This document shows, piece by piece, positions 1-9,701 of a stretch of DNA of 64,000 nucleotides. The notes below the pieces were generated by a model. That model worked only from the letters and a program-made list of their open reading frames with translations. It was not told where the DNA came from and did not search any database. Within the stretch, counting starts at the first letter, position 1; the number at the start of each line of letters is the position of its first letter. Both the position numbers and the translations under genes were made by a program. This stretch comes from an uncultured Gemmatimonadales bacterium (GTDB lineage Bacteria > Gemmatimonadota > Gemmatimonadetes > Longimicrobiales > Longimicrobiaceae), in the NCBI GenBank assembly GCA_963716255.1, contig OY970303.1, positions 3,520,001 through 3,584,000 on the forward strand. The letters run 5' to 3'.

Positions 1-2
1 GC

Positions 3-86
3 GCCGGCGAGGCCGGCGACGACCTGGACTACGCCATCGCCGCGACGATCAACGGGATCTCCGCGGGGCTGCGCAACACGGGGTGA
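3..86 (+). CDS. ppc: Phosphoenolpyruvate carboxylase, C-terminal end (partial; gene begins before window)
   Basis: Frame from nt 3 reads ...DDLDYAIAATINGISAGLRNTG*, the conserved PEPC C-terminus (TINGIxAGLRNTG). Confidence 0.88.
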   Translation, partial: AGEAGDDLDYAIAATINGISAGLRNTG

Positions 87-144
87 GGGACGGCACGAAC
101 GTGCGGGAGTGCGGGAGATCCGGGTGGGGGGCGCCGCCGCAGGC

Positions 145-270
145 CCCCACCCGGCTCGCTTAGGCTCGCCACCCTCCCCCAATCCTGGGGGAGGGCTTCC
201 TGTACTGCCGGGTTTTGCCGTTCTCCCCCTCTCCCGCTTGCGGGGGAGGGGGCCGGGGGGAGGGGGCCCC
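145..270. repeat. Family C REP-like palindromic cluster
   Basis: CCCGGCTCGCTTAGGCTCGCCACCCTCCCCC..GGGGGAGGG and CCCCTCTCCCGCTTGCGGGGGAGGGG; related copies near 3553, 22396, 37188, 42474, 45829, 50062. Confidence 0.75.
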
Positions 271-274
271 CGTT

Positions 275-400
275 GCGTGAGGGATTCCGGCCCGAAGGGG
301 CGAGACCCGCGCAGTTTGCGGGGCTCGACTCCGTTGCAAACGGTAGTATCGTTTGCTACGGAGCCGAAGCCCGACCCCGGCGCCAGCCGGGGGCACGCCC
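275..400 (-). repeat. Family A structured intergenic repeat, copy 1
   Basis: Reverse complement reads GGGCGTGCCCCCGGCTGGCGCCGGGGTCGGGCTTCGGCTCCGT-hairpin-ACGGAGTCGAGCCC..GTCTCGCCCCTTCGGGCCGNAATCCCTCACGC. Confidence 0.92.
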
Positions 401-426
401 AACCCCGCCGTTCGAGCAGTTCGATC

Positions 427-1452
427 TCACCCCGCCGCCAGGTTCTTGAGCACCCTCACCTGGTAATGGTACGAGTTGATCCCCCCGCCATTGTACCGCC
501 GCACCGCGTACGGCCAGTCGCAGCCGATCCGTTCGCGGATGGGAACGTTCTGGTACGTGGCGGTTCCGTAGTACTGGGTGGGCGCCCACGTCGTGCTGCT
601 GCCGCGGAAGACGGGCAGCCCCGGGCTGGTGGTGCGGAAGCCGGCGTCCAGCGCGCAGGTGCGGCAGTCGGTCATGTAGCGCGGGTCGGTCGGGGCATAC
701 TTGCAGATGCGCAGCGGCCCCCGGCCGATCTCGGCGATGCGGTCGTCGGCGGTGCCGGTGGGGCCATTGACGAAACAGTCGAACTTGTCGCGCAGCAGGT
801 CGGCGGCGCGCGCCACGTTCCTGCCGGGGTCCAGGATGAGCCCGGTGACCTCCTCGGGGCGCGGCGGGTGGTGGAACAGGGTGTACTGCCCCGCCCCGTA
901 GCCGCGCGAGGTGATGACGTTGGGATCGCCGGAGTTGGTGTCGGTGCCCACCACCACGAAGTCGTCCTGGTCGCCGCCGGCGGGGACGACGAAGTGCATC
1001 AGCCCGCTCTCCTGCTTGAGGATGGCGACCAGGTACGGGGTGGGGACGCGGGTGGAGGGGAGCGCGGCGATCTGGCCGGCGATCTTCTGGTTGTCCGCCG
1101 CGGGGTTCTTGGAGAAGGGGAGCCCGGGAAAGCCCGGGTCGTCCAGGATGTCGGAGATCACCTCCACCAGCGCCTGGGTGACCCGCCCGTCCACGGCGGA
1201 CACGCGCCCGCGGTTGTAGTCCACCACGCGCACCGGCGCGCTCCCGTCCGATCCCTTGCCCGCGTTGTGGAGCAGGTCGTACTCCAGGGCCATGACGGCC
1301 TTCCTGGTCCCCGACCCGAACGAGCCGTCGATGCCGCGGCGCAGGTAGCCCAGCGAGCGCAGGTCGTGCTGCAGGTCGCACACCTGCTGCCTGGTGCCGG
1401 GCGAGTCGATGGCGAGGACGAGGCCGGGCTGGCGGTAGCTGAGGGCGGGCAT
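427..1452 (-). CDS. Peptidoglycan-binding protein with SLT/lysozyme-like C-terminal domain
   Basis: N-terminal LQHDLRSLGY..IDGSFGSGTRKAV (PG-binding type); C-terminal AILKQESG, GAGQY and RRYNGG resemble lytic transglycosylase motifs. Start set at MPALSY. Confidence 0.7.
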   Translation of the reverse strand: MPALSYRQPGLVLAIDSPGTRQQVCDLQHDLRSLGYLRRGIDGSFGSGTRKAVMALEYDLLHNAGKGSDGSAPVRVVDYNRGRVSAVDGRVTQALVEVISDILDDPGFPGLPFSKNPAADNQKIAGQIAALPSTRVPTPYLVAILKQESGLMHFVVPAGGDQDDFVVVGTDTNSGDPNVITSRGYGAGQYTLFHHPPRPEEVTGLILDPGRNVARAADLLRDKFDCFVNGPTGTADDRIAEIGRGPLRICKYAPTDPRYMTDCRTCALDAGFRTTSPGLPVFRGSSTTWAPTQYYGTATYQNVPIRERIGCDWPYAVRRYNGGGINSYHYQVRVLKNLAAG

Positions 1453-1603
1453 TGGACGGGTCCTGGGTACGGTCGGGAACGGGGCGCCGGGGAGGACTGC
1501 GCTCCGGCGGGAGGAATGGGTGGGTCGGGAGCGCAATCTAGGAGCGGGCGCGGACGCGCGGAAGAGCGTGATCGCGCGGCGCCGGGGACGGCGGCCCGCG
1601 CCC

Positions 1604-2287
1604 TCAGAACAGGACGCCGGCGCGGAGCTGCAGGGCGCGGCGGGGAACGGCGGGCGCGCCCAGCCCGGGGCTCAGCGTGGAGAGCGAGGCGCCCGCGCCC
1701 GCGACGAAGCGGCCCGCGCGCAGCCCCACGCCCGCCTCCACCCCCACGCCGGCGTCCGCCTCGTCCAGGCCGCGGACGCCCAGGAGCTCGCCGGAGGTGG
1801 TGGACCAGAGGAGCTGCGGCGCGGCGTACGGCGCCAGCGTCCGCCCCGGCCCGGCGGCGAGGGGAAGCTCCACCACCAGCGCCAGCGGGACGGTGAAGCT
1901 GGCGTAGCCGCTCCCGGTGGCCCCGTCCGCGTGGAAGGCGGCCCCCAGCCCGGCGCGCGCGCACACCGCGAGGGCGCGCGCGGGGAGGGGGAGGCGGAGG
2001 GCGAGCGCCCCGGACACGGTGTGCACCTTTGCGTCCTCACCGCCGACACTCCGGAGGAGGTACTCCGCGGAGTAGGCGAGCGGGCCGGCGGGGTCGGCGC
2101 GGAGCGCGGCGCCCAGGTCCAGCGAGGTGAGCCGGCGCCCGGCGTGCAGGGTGGCGACGCCGGCCTGCGCCTGCACGGCGCGGGCGCGCTCGGGGAGCGG
2201 GGCGCCCACGCACCCCTGCGCGCGGAGGGCGGCGGGAGCGGCGAGGGCGAGCATCGCCCCCGCCGCGAAGATGCAACCTGGTCTCAT
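1604..2287 (-). CDS. Secreted, probable outer-membrane beta-barrel protein
   Basis: Signal peptide, alternating hydrophobic strands, terminal Phe (LRAGVLF). Confidence 0.55.
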   Translation of the reverse strand: MRPGCIFAAGAMLALAAPAALRAQGCVGAPLPERARAVQAQAGVATLHAGRRLTSLDLGAALRADPAGPLAYSAEYLLRSVGGEDAKVHTVSGALALRLPLPARALAVCARAGLGAAFHADGATGSGYASFTVPLALVVELPLAAGPGRTLAPYAAPQLLWSTTSGELLGVRGLDEADAGVGVEAGVGLRAGRFVAGAGASLSTLSPGLGAPAVPRRALQLRAGVLF

Positions 2288-2388
2288 GGGCCGGCCCGGC
2301 TCGGGTGCGACGGCTTCCCCTGGTCCCCCGCGGGGTTCCTGGATACGTTTCGGCTCCTATCTCCCCGACACAGTCTTTGTTCCCCGTG

Positions 2389-3360
2389 ATGCAGAACACA
2401 CCCGTACGCCCCCTGCGCGGGGTGGACCTCCACGCCCTGGACCGGCTGGTGGACGCCGTGGGGACGGTGTTCCGCGGGCGGCGCGAGACCGTCCGCCTGG
2501 CCGTCGCGGCGCTCCTGGCCGGGGGGCACGTCCTGTTCGAGGACGTCCCCGGCGTGGGCAAGACCACGCTGGCCCGCGCCCTGGCGACGGCGCTGGGGCT
2601 GGACTTCCGCCGCATCCAGTTCACCAGCGACCTGCTCCCCTCGGACGTGCTGGGGGTGTCGGTGTACAACCCGCGCCTGCAGGAGTTCGAGACGCGCCCG
2701 GGCCCGGTGTTCACCCAGGTGCTCCTGGCCGACGAGATCAACCGCGCCCCGCCGCGCACGCAGAGCGGGCTGCTGGAGGCCATGCAGGAGGGCCGCGTCA
2801 CCCTGGACGACCGCACCCGCGAGCTGCCGCGCCCCTTCCTGGTTCTGGCGACGCAGAACCCGCTGGAGCAGCACGGCACCTACCCGCTGCCGGAGAGCCA
2901 GCTGGACCGCTTCCTGATGCGGCTCACCATCGGCTACCCGGAGGCGGCGCGCGAGCGCGAGATCCTGCTGGGCTCCTCCGCGCAGGACCCGGTGGCGGAG
3001 CTGGACCCGGTGATGGGGCCGGGCGAGGTGCTGGACCTGCAGGCGCGCGTGGACGGGGTGCGGGCGGACCCGGCGCTGGTGGACTACCTGATGGAGATCG
3101 TGGCGGCCACGCGCGCGGACGGCCGCCTGCGCGCGGGCGTCAGCACGCGCGGCGCGGTGGCGCTCTTCCGCGCCGCGCGCGGCTACGCGCTGGTGGACGG
3201 CCGCGAGTACCTGGTGCCGGACGACGTGCGCCGCCTGGTGGTCCCCTGCCTGGCGCACCGCGTGCTCCCCGCGGGGCTGTCCTCCGGGGGCGCCGCCGCC
3301 CACGACGAGGCTGCTGCCGTGCTGGAGGAGATCGCCTCCCGCATCTCCGTTCCGGTGTAA
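2389..3360 (+). CDS. MoxR-family AAA+ ATPase
   Basis: EDVPGVGKT Walker A, RIQFTSDLLPSD, LADEINRAPPRTQSGLLEAMQE, GTYPLPESQLDRF. Confidence 0.95.
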   Translation: MQNTPVRPLRGVDLHALDRLVDAVGTVFRGRRETVRLAVAALLAGGHVLFEDVPGVGKTTLARALATALGLDFRRIQFTSDLLPSDVLGVSVYNPRLQEFETRPGPVFTQVLLADEINRAPPRTQSGLLEAMQEGRVTLDDRTRELPRPFLVLATQNPLEQHGTYPLPESQLDRFLMRLTIGYPEAAREREILLGSSAQDPVAELDPVMGPGEVLDLQARVDGVRADPALVDYLMEIVAATRADGRLRAGVSTRGAVALFRAARGYALVDGREYLVPDDVRRLVVPCLAHRVLPAGLSSGGAAAHDEAAAVLEEIASRISVPV

Positions 3361-3376
3361 CAGAACGGCAGGATTC

Positions 3377-3520
3377 GGGCGTGCCCCCGGCTGGCGCCGG
3401 GGTCGGGCTTCGGCTCCGTAGCAGACGAAACGACCGTCTGCAACGGAGTCGAGCCCGCGCCAGCACCAATGAACTGAGGTGCCGCGCGGTCTCGCCCCTT
3501 CGGGCCGTAATCCCTCACGC
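3377..3520 (+). repeat. Family A repeat, copy 2 (expanded second hairpin)
   Basis: GGGCGTG...ATCCCTCACGC, starting 16 nt after the moxR-like stop. Confidence 0.92.
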
Positions 3521-3552
3521 AACTGCCTGCTCGTACTCTATATCCAGCCGTT

Positions 3553-3610
3553 GCCCCCTCTCCCAGGATTGGGAGAGGGTGGCGAGCCTCAAGCGAGCCG
3601 GGTGAGGGCC
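3553..3610. repeat. Family C REP-like palindrome
   Basis: CCCCTCTCCCAGGATTGGGAGAGGGTGGCGAGCCTCAAGCGAGCCGGGTGAGGG; near-identical at ~42474 and, inverted, at ~45829. Confidence 0.8.
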
Positions 3611-3611
3611 G

Positions 3612-4703
3612 TTGCAGGCTGTTCCCTGTTCCCTGTTCCTTCCGTTGTCCCGCACTTTCGCACTCCCGCGCTTTCGCGCCTTCCTTCGCCCGCCCCGCCG
3701 CATCCGCTTCACCCGTCCGGGGTGGACGGTGACGGGCGGGTCGCTGGTGCTGGGGCTGGCGGCCATCGGCACGGGCAACAACCTGCTCTTCCTGCTGCTG
3801 GGGGCGGTGCTGGGGTTCATCGCGCTCAGCGGGTGGATGTCGGAGCAGACGCTGCGCGGCCTGGAGGTGCGGCGGCGCGGGCCGACCGCGGCCACGGCGG
3901 GGGAGCCGGCGCGCGTCGCGTACGAGGTGAGGAACGGCAAGCGGCGGCTCCCCAGCTTCGCGGTGGAGGTGGGCGAGGCGGGATCCGCCGGCCGCGCCTG
4001 GATCCCGGCACTGGCGGCGGGCGAGGGCGCCACGGCGCGGGCGGAGCAGACGTGGGCGCGGCGCGGCGTGTACCCGCTTGCGACGGTGGTGCTGGCCACC
4101 TCGTTCCCCTTCGGGCTCTTCCGCAAGGAGCGCGACGTGGAGCTCCCCGGCGAGGCCGTGGTCCGGCCGCGCACCAACCTGCCGGTGCGCGAGCCGCGGC
4201 CGGCGGGGCGGCGGTCGCTCGCGACCGACCGGGCGCACGCGGGCGCCGTGGGCGGGCGCGGCGACTTCCGCGCGCTGCGCCCCTACCGTCCCGGCGACGA
4301 CCCCCGCGACGTGCACTGGCCCACCACCGCGCGCGTGGGCGAGCCCACCGTGCGCGAGTTCGAGCGCGACCGCTCGCGGGCGCTCTGGCTCTGCCTGGAG
4401 CTGCGCGCGCCGGAGGGCGACGCCGCGGAGGCGGCGGCCGGGACCGTGGCGGCGCTCGCCGCCGCGGCGCTGCGGCGGGGCGAGGTGTTCGCCCTGGCGA
4501 CGGGGGAGGCGCGGGTGCCGCCGGGGGTGGGGCCCGCGCAGCTGGAGCGGGTGCTGGACGCGCTGGCGCGCGCCCGCTTCCGGCCGGACGCGCCGCGCGT
4601 GGCCCCGCCCGCTCCGCCCGCGGAGTGCGTGCTGGTGACCGCCGGTCCCGGCGGCGGGGCCGGGTGGGGCGATGTGTTCCGCGCCGGGGAGGCGGCCCCG
4701 TGA
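3612..4703 (+). CDS. DUF58 family protein (start uncertain)
   Basis: N-terminal TM segments, FPFGLF, LRPYRPGDDPRDVHWPTTAR; follows MoxR. Confidence 0.88.
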   Translation: MQAVPCSLFLPLSRTFALPRFRAFLRPPRRIRFTRPGWTVTGGSLVLGLAAIGTGNNLLFLLLGAVLGFIALSGWMSEQTLRGLEVRRRGPTAATAGEPARVAYEVRNGKRRLPSFAVEVGEAGSAGRAWIPALAAGEGATARAEQTWARRGVYPLATVVLATSFPFGLFRKERDVELPGEAVVRPRTNLPVREPRPAGRRSLATDRAHAGAVGGRGDFRALRPYRPGDDPRDVHWPTTARVGEPTVREFERDRSRALWLCLELRAPEGDAAEAAAGTVAALAAAALRRGEVFALATGEARVPPGVGPAQLERVLDALARARFRPDAPRVAPPAPPAECVLVTAGPGGGAGWGDVFRAGEAAP

Positions 4704-6793
4704 GGCTGGCGCTGCTGCACCGGCGCCTCGCCGCCGGCATGGCGCTCGCCGCGCTGGCGGGGTTCACCGCGGGGGCGGGAGTCTCCGCCGTCACCGCCCT
4801 GGCGGGGCTGGCGCTGGTGGTGGCGCTGGGCCGCCTGCCGCCGCCGGAAGCGGGGCCGTGGGTGGAGCGGGCGGTGCGCGCGGGGGCGCTGCTGCTGTGC
4901 GCGCGCATGGGGTACGTGGCCTTCGTCGCCCGCGCCGACTTCATGCCGGACGTGCTGGCGATGCTCCTGTTCCTGCTCGTGGGGGAGTCGCTGCGCCCGC
5001 TCGCCGCCCGCAACGACATGCGGCTGTACGCGCTGTCGCTGGCGCTGATGATCGCCGCCACGGCGTACTCGCCGGGGCTGGGCTTCGCCGCGGCGTTCGT
5101 GGCGTTCGTCGCCCTGGCGACGCTGGCGCTGATGACGGGTCACCTGCGCCGCGAGTCGGAGCGCTTCCGCGTTCCCGCCGTGCGGGTGGGGCGCGGCTTC
5201 CTGGGCGCCACGGCGGCGCTCTCCGGCGTCACCGTGCTGTGCAGCGCGGCGCTCTTCGTGGTGTTCCCGCGGCTGCCGCGCAGCTGGAACGTACAGGGCC
5301 GCCCCGGCGCCGCCGCGGTCATGGCCGGCTTCGGGGACGAGGTGTCGCTGGGGGAGCACGGCACGCGCATCTCCCCCAACCCGGAGGTCGCGTTCCGGGT
5401 GGAGTTCCCCGAGTGGGACGTCCCGGACCCGGCGGAGCTGCGCTGGCGGGGGCGCTCCTTCGATCGCTTCGACGGGGTGCGCTGGTCGCGCACCCCGGGG
5501 CAGGCGTACGTGGCCGGGTCGCCGGACCGCTACGCGGAGCGCTGGGGCGGGCCCCTGCGCAGCTACCGGGTGTACGGCGGCCCGGCGGGGGCGCGGGTGC
5601 TCTTCGGGCTGCACCCGCTGCTGCGCGTGCAGCCGCGCTCCGCCGTCCGCATCCTCCGCGACCCCACGGGCGACGTGCGCTTCTTCGGCTCGGACGCGCC
5701 CTCGTACGACGCGGTGTCGGCCGCGCCGCTCCCCCCGGAGGAGGCGCTGCGCGCCGCCGCGGGAGAGCCGCCCGCCTGGGAGGCGCAGTACCTGCAGCTC
5801 CCGCCCCTCTCCGCGCGCGTCCGCCGCCTCGCGGATTCGCTGGCGGCCGGCGAGCCCACGCGCCTGGACCGGGCCCGCGCCGTGGAGCGCTGGCTGCGCA
5901 CGGAGTTCCGGTACACGCTGGAGCTCCCCCGCGACGCCGAGGAGGCGCGGCTGGAAAGCTTCCTGTTCCGGCGGCGGGCGGGGCACTGCGAGTATTTTTC
6001 CACCGCGATGGTGGTGCTGCTGCGCGCCCAGGGGATCCCCGCGCGCAACGTCACCGGCTTCCTGGGCGGGGAGTGGAATTCGTTCGGCCGCTACCTGGCG
6101 GTGACCGGGAACGACGCGCACTCCTGGGTGGAGGTGTGGTTCCCGGGGCTGGGGTGGGTGCCCTTCGACCCCACGCCGCCGGGGGGCCGGGCGATGGCGA
6201 CGGAGGCGGAGGACGGCTGGGGCCGGCCCGCCTTCCTGTGGCTGGACGGGCTCCAGCACCGCTGGTACAAGTGGGTGATCGGCTACGACATGGACAAGCA
6301 GGTCGCCGTCTTCCGGCGGGTGGGCGACTGGTTTGAGCGCGGGGGCGGGGGCCGGGACATCGCGTGGCGGGGAGGCGGCGGGCCGCGGCTCCCGCCGCGC
6401 GAGGCGCTCCCCTGGGCGGCGGGCGCGGCGGTGCTGGCGTGGCTGCTGGTGCGCGGCGGCCGCCGGCGCCGGCGCGTCCTGGGCGCGGAGTCGCGCGCGT
6501 ACCTGGCACTGCGGCGCGCCTACGCCCGCGCGGGGTACGCGGACGAGGGCGCGGGCGGTCCGCTGGACTTCGCGGCCGGCCTGCGGGCGCGGGAAGCGCC
6601 CGGCGCGGAGGCCGCCGCCCGCGCGGTGGACCTGTACGTGCGTGCCCGCTTCGGCGGGGAGGCCATCGGCGAGGACGGGCGCGCGGCAATGGCCGGCGCC
6701 CTCGCGGAGGCGCGGGCGGCGCTGCGCTCCGCGCGGCGGGCCCTGCCTCGCGGACGGAAGCGGGCGCTCACCTCAACCGGCAGGCGACAGTGA
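4700..6793 (+). CDS. Membrane transglutaminase-like protein (TgpA/DUF3488 type)
   Basis: GTG start overlaps the DUF58 stop; multi-TM N-terminus; GHCEYFST, HSWVEVW, FDPTP give the Cys-His-Asp triad. Confidence 0.9.
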   Translation: MRLALLHRRLAAGMALAALAGFTAGAGVSAVTALAGLALVVALGRLPPPEAGPWVERAVRAGALLLCARMGYVAFVARADFMPDVLAMLLFLLVGESLRPLAARNDMRLYALSLALMIAATAYSPGLGFAAAFVAFVALATLALMTGHLRRESERFRVPAVRVGRGFLGATAALSGVTVLCSAALFVVFPRLPRSWNVQGRPGAAAVMAGFGDEVSLGEHGTRISPNPEVAFRVEFPEWDVPDPAELRWRGRSFDRFDGVRWSRTPGQAYVAGSPDRYAERWGGPLRSYRVYGGPAGARVLFGLHPLLRVQPRSAVRILRDPTGDVRFFGSDAPSYDAVSAAPLPPEEALRAAAGEPPAWEAQYLQLPPLSARVRRLADSLAAGEPTRLDRARAVERWLRTEFRYTLELPRDAEEARLESFLFRRRAGHCEYFSTAMVVLLRAQGIPARNVTGFLGGEWNSFGRYLAVTGNDAHSWVEVWFPGLGWVPFDPTPPGGRAMATEAEDGWGRPAFLWLDGLQHRWYKWVIGYDMDKQVAVFRRVGDWFERGGGGRDIAWRGGGGPRLPPREALPWAAGAAVLAWLLVRGGRRRRRVLGAESRAYLALRRAYARAGYADEGAGGPLDFAAGLRAREAPGAEAAARAVDLYVRARFGGEAIGEDGRAAMAGALAEARAALRSARRALPRGRKRALTSTGRRQ

Positions 6794-7287
6794 CGGTTCG
6801 ACTCCACGACCGGCGCCGGCGCTCCAAGCGGCGCAAGCAGCTCTGGCGCCACTTGCGCGCCGCCATGCGCCTGGTGCTCAGGCACCCGGTCCCCAGCGTC
6901 TCGGTCATCCCGCTCACGGCGGACGGGCGGATCGTGCTGGTGCGCCGGGTGGACAACGACCTGTGGGCGATCCCCGGCGGGATCATGGACTGGGGCGAGG
7001 ACGTGACGGAGACCGCCGAGCGGGAGTTCGAGGAGGAGACGGGGATGCGGCTGGTCGCCATCCGCCGGCTGCTGGGCGTGTACTCCTCGCCGGAGCGCGA
7101 CCCGCGGGCGCACGCCGTCAACATCACCGTGGTGGCGGAGGTGGAGGGCGAGCCGGAGGTGCAGGACCCGCTGGAGGTCAGCGACATCCAGCTGTTCGAG
7201 GTGGAGCGGCTGCCGTTCGGCTACTTCGCCCACGATCACGAGCGGCAGCTGCGCGACTACCTGGCGGAGCGCACGGTGGTGGCGTGA
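6790..7287 (+). CDS. NUDIX hydrolase
   Basis: Nudix box PGGIMDWGEDVTETAEREFEEETG; GTGA overlap with upstream stop. Confidence 0.9.
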   Translation: MTVRLHDRRRRSKRRKQLWRHLRAAMRLVLRHPVPSVSVIPLTADGRIVLVRRVDNDLWAIPGGIMDWGEDVTETAEREFEEETGMRLVAIRRLLGVYSSPERDPRAHAVNITVVAEVEGEPEVQDPLEVSDIQLFEVERLPFGYFAHDHERQLRDYLAERTVVA

Positions 7288-7360
7288 GCGGAACACGGGA
7301 GAGGGGCGAACATGTAAGCCGGAGGCAAGAACGTTCGGAAACGAACCATGGAAGAAGGAG

Positions 7361-7708
7361 ATGGAGAAGAAGGGCAAGAAGGGATTCCGTGGCTATCCCA
7401 TCGGGACGGTCGCCTTTTACGGACCGGACAACAAGCGGGCGACCAAGGTGGTCGCCACCGTCGTGCCAGGGGAGAACCAGGAGCTGACCAACCTACGGAG
7501 GAGGTTCAACGATCAGCTGGACGTGCGGGTCGACTCCCGGATTGGCGCGGAAGTCTTCGCCTTCCTGCGACGCCATGGGGTCCGGTCGGTCGTGGTCACG
7601 AGCGGGATCTTCGGCTGCCCGCACGAGGAAGGGATCGACTATCCCGAGGGCGAGGCGTGCCCACAGTGCCCGTTCTGGGCGGGCAGGGACCGCTTCGCGG
7701 AGCTGTAG
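7361..7708 (+). CDS. Hypothetical protein with Cys/His motif
   Basis: Good RBS (GAAGGAG); C-terminal CPHEEGIDYPEGEACPQCPFW is a possible metal site. Confidence 0.7.
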   Translation: MEKKGKKGFRGYPIGTVAFYGPDNKRATKVVATVVPGENQELTNLRRRFNDQLDVRVDSRIGAEVFAFLRRHGVRSVVVTSGIFGCPHEEGIDYPEGEACPQCPFWAGRDRFAEL

Positions 7709-7792
7709 GCCGATCCCGCGACACTCGGGACTGCCTCACGAAGTAGCAACGCCCCGGCCATAGGCCATCCCCCGTGCCGGGGCGCCTGCGTG

Positions 7793-8248
7793 CTACGGAA
7801 GCGCTTCCGCCGCCTTCAGTACCTCCACGGTGTCGCTCTCGGTGCACTCCGGGCTCCCCTGGCACGAATCGGCCGCCACGGCGCCGGGCCCCAGCGTGAT
7901 CCGCACGCGCCTGCCCACCAGCTCCCGCCGCTCGCACAGCTCGAACGGGGCGATCCGGTCGAAGCGCGCGCCGCCCTCATCCTCCAGCACCACGTAGCAG
8001 CCGCGGTCGCCGTCGGTGAGGCTGCGCACCACTGCGGTGTCCTGGCGCGGCCGGCCCGGCGCCGCAGGCGGAGCGGAGATTGGAGCCGAGTCCTGGGCGG
8101 GGATGCTCGCGACGGCAGTGTCCGCGGCGACGGGAGATGCGGATGCCGTCGACGCAGCGGGCTCGCGGGCTGGCTGCTCGCCGCGGCAGGCGCAGAGCAG
8201 CAGGCCCAGGCAGAGCAGGGCGCACGGCGCCGGGCGCCGGTACGTCAC
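7793..8248 (-). CDS. Hypothetical lipoprotein
   Basis: GTG start overlapping upstream stop; LLLCAC lipobox, Ala/Pro linker, small Cys-containing domain. Confidence 0.6.
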   Translation of the reverse strand: MTYRRPAPCALLCLGLLLCACRGEQPAREPAASTASASPVAADTAVASIPAQDSAPISAPPAAPGRPRQDTAVVRSLTDGDRGCYVVLEDEGGARFDRIAPFELCERRELVGRRVRITLGPGAVAADSCQGSPECTESDTVEVLKAAEALP

Positions 8249-8892
8249 GCGGGACCCGGCGGACGGCGCGCGGCGACGATCTCCGCCACCTCGCGGTCGC
8301 CGGCGCGGGGCGAGGCGGCCAGCCCCCGCACCACGCCGTCGATGTCCGCGGCCGGGCGGTTCTGGCTCATCTTCCACTTCCCTTCGACGCGCGTGATCGC
8401 GACCTCCACGCCGACGATCGCCCGCTCCAGCCCGGCGACGTACTCCGCCGGCGCGTCCCCCACCGCCCACGGCCGTTCGCGCCCGGCCTCGTGCCGCGCG
8501 GTCAGCTCTTCCAGGTGGCGGCGCAGGAACGCGCCGTCCTCCACGAAGCGGAGCGCGCCGTGGACGTGCACCGCCACGTAGTTCCAGGTGGGGACCACGC
8601 GGCCGTGCTCGGCCTTTGCCGGGTACCACGACGGGGACACGTAGGCGTCCGGGCCCGGGAAGATGACCAGCGCCTCGCCGGCCGCCGGCTCCAGGCGGTG
8701 GTGCGGGTTGGCGCGCGCCACGTGGCCTTCCAGCACCCCGTGCGCCCCACGCCCGCGGTGCAGCACGAGCGGCAGGTGCGTGGCGAAGAGCCCGTCGGCG
8801 GACGCCGTGACGAGCGCCCCCAGCGGGTGCGCCTCGATGAAGTCGAAGAGGACCTCGGGGCGGTGCTCGGCGTTGGAGGGTGGGATGTACAT
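8245..8892 (-). CDS. FMN-binding negative transcriptional regulator (PaiB family)
   Basis: MYIPP..GHVARANP..YVSPSWY..VPTWNYVAVH..GKWKMSQN. Confidence 0.9.
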   Translation of the reverse strand: MYIPPSNAEHRPEVLFDFIEAHPLGALVTASADGLFATHLPLVLHRGRGAHGVLEGHVARANPHHRLEPAAGEALVIFPGPDAYVSPSWYPAKAEHGRVVPTWNYVAVHVHGALRFVEDGAFLRRHLEELTARHEAGRERPWAVGDAPAEYVAGLERAIVGVEVAITRVEGKWKMSQNRPAADIDGVVRGLAASPRAGDREVAEIVAARRPPGPA

Positions 8893-8900
8893 GGATCCCG

Positions 8901-9584
8901 TCAGGCGGGGGCGGGACCCTGCCACACGAACACCTCGGCGCAGCGCGAGCAGCTGTACGACCCCTCCCACTGCTGGTGGAGCGCAGGGTAGACCTGGTTG
9001 TTGTAGTGCGACGAGCCATACGCCCACATGCCGCCCAGCGCCGCTACAATCGCTCCGATGACGGCGGCCACGACGCTCCCCTGGAATCCCGCGAGGAGGA
9101 GCACGACCCCCATCAGGATCATGATGATCGGCCCGCCGAGCGAGCGCTCCTCGGGCGGTGCAGCGCCCATGGAGGCCAGGCTCTGTTGCGTGCCACCTGT
9201 CCTGGCGCCGCCCACCGCCATCCCGTCGTCCCCAAACCCGACGCCCGCCGTGCCGGTCTTCACCACGGCCAGCCCCTCGCGGTAGATCAGGCTGAGCCTG
9301 CGCACGTGCTCGGAGCCGCACTTGGGGCAGTGCAGCAGCGAGGCGGCGGCGGTGTGCACCCGCATCACCGGGACGCCGTCCTGCGGGGCCGCCGGAACCA
9401 CCGCATGCTGCGCGGCGGCGAGCGCCTGCGTCGCGTGCGGCAGCGCGACGGCGTGCTGCCTGGCTTCCTGCACGGCGGACTGGGGCGCGCCGTCCTCGGC
9501 GTGCGGCGGGCACCCGCAGTTGGGGCAGGCGGCGGCGCGGGTGCTTACGTTGCGGCCGCAGTCGGGGCAGGGGATGAGAGCCAT
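8901..9584 (-). CDS. Zinc-ribbon-containing membrane protein
   Basis: CPDC/CPNC, CPKC and CSRC pairs with two TM helices. Confidence 0.7.
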   Translation of the reverse strand: MALIPCPDCGRNVSTRAAACPNCGCPPHAEDGAPQSAVQEARQHAVALPHATQALAAAQHAVVPAAPQDGVPVMRVHTAAASLLHCPKCGSEHVRRLSLIYREGLAVVKTGTAGVGFGDDGMAVGGARTGGTQQSLASMGAAPPEERSLGGPIIMILMGVVLLLAGFQGSVVAAVIGAIVAALGGMWAYGSSHYNNQVYPALHQQWEGSYSCSRCAEVFVWQGPAPA

Positions 9585-9701
9585 CGCGAGAAAACCTTGG
9601 GGGGAAGGGCCGCGGAGGGAGCGGACGGGACAAAGCTACAGACGGGTTGGGCCCATCTCAAGGGAACGCGGGAGGTACGGGCGGCACGTGGCCCCGGGAG
9701 G

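Noticed and set aside
160..402. Recurrent short ORFs such as GVPPAGAGVGLRLR and TEPKPDPGASRGHA
   Set aside because: They are translations of family A in various frames, with no consistent start, stop or RBS.
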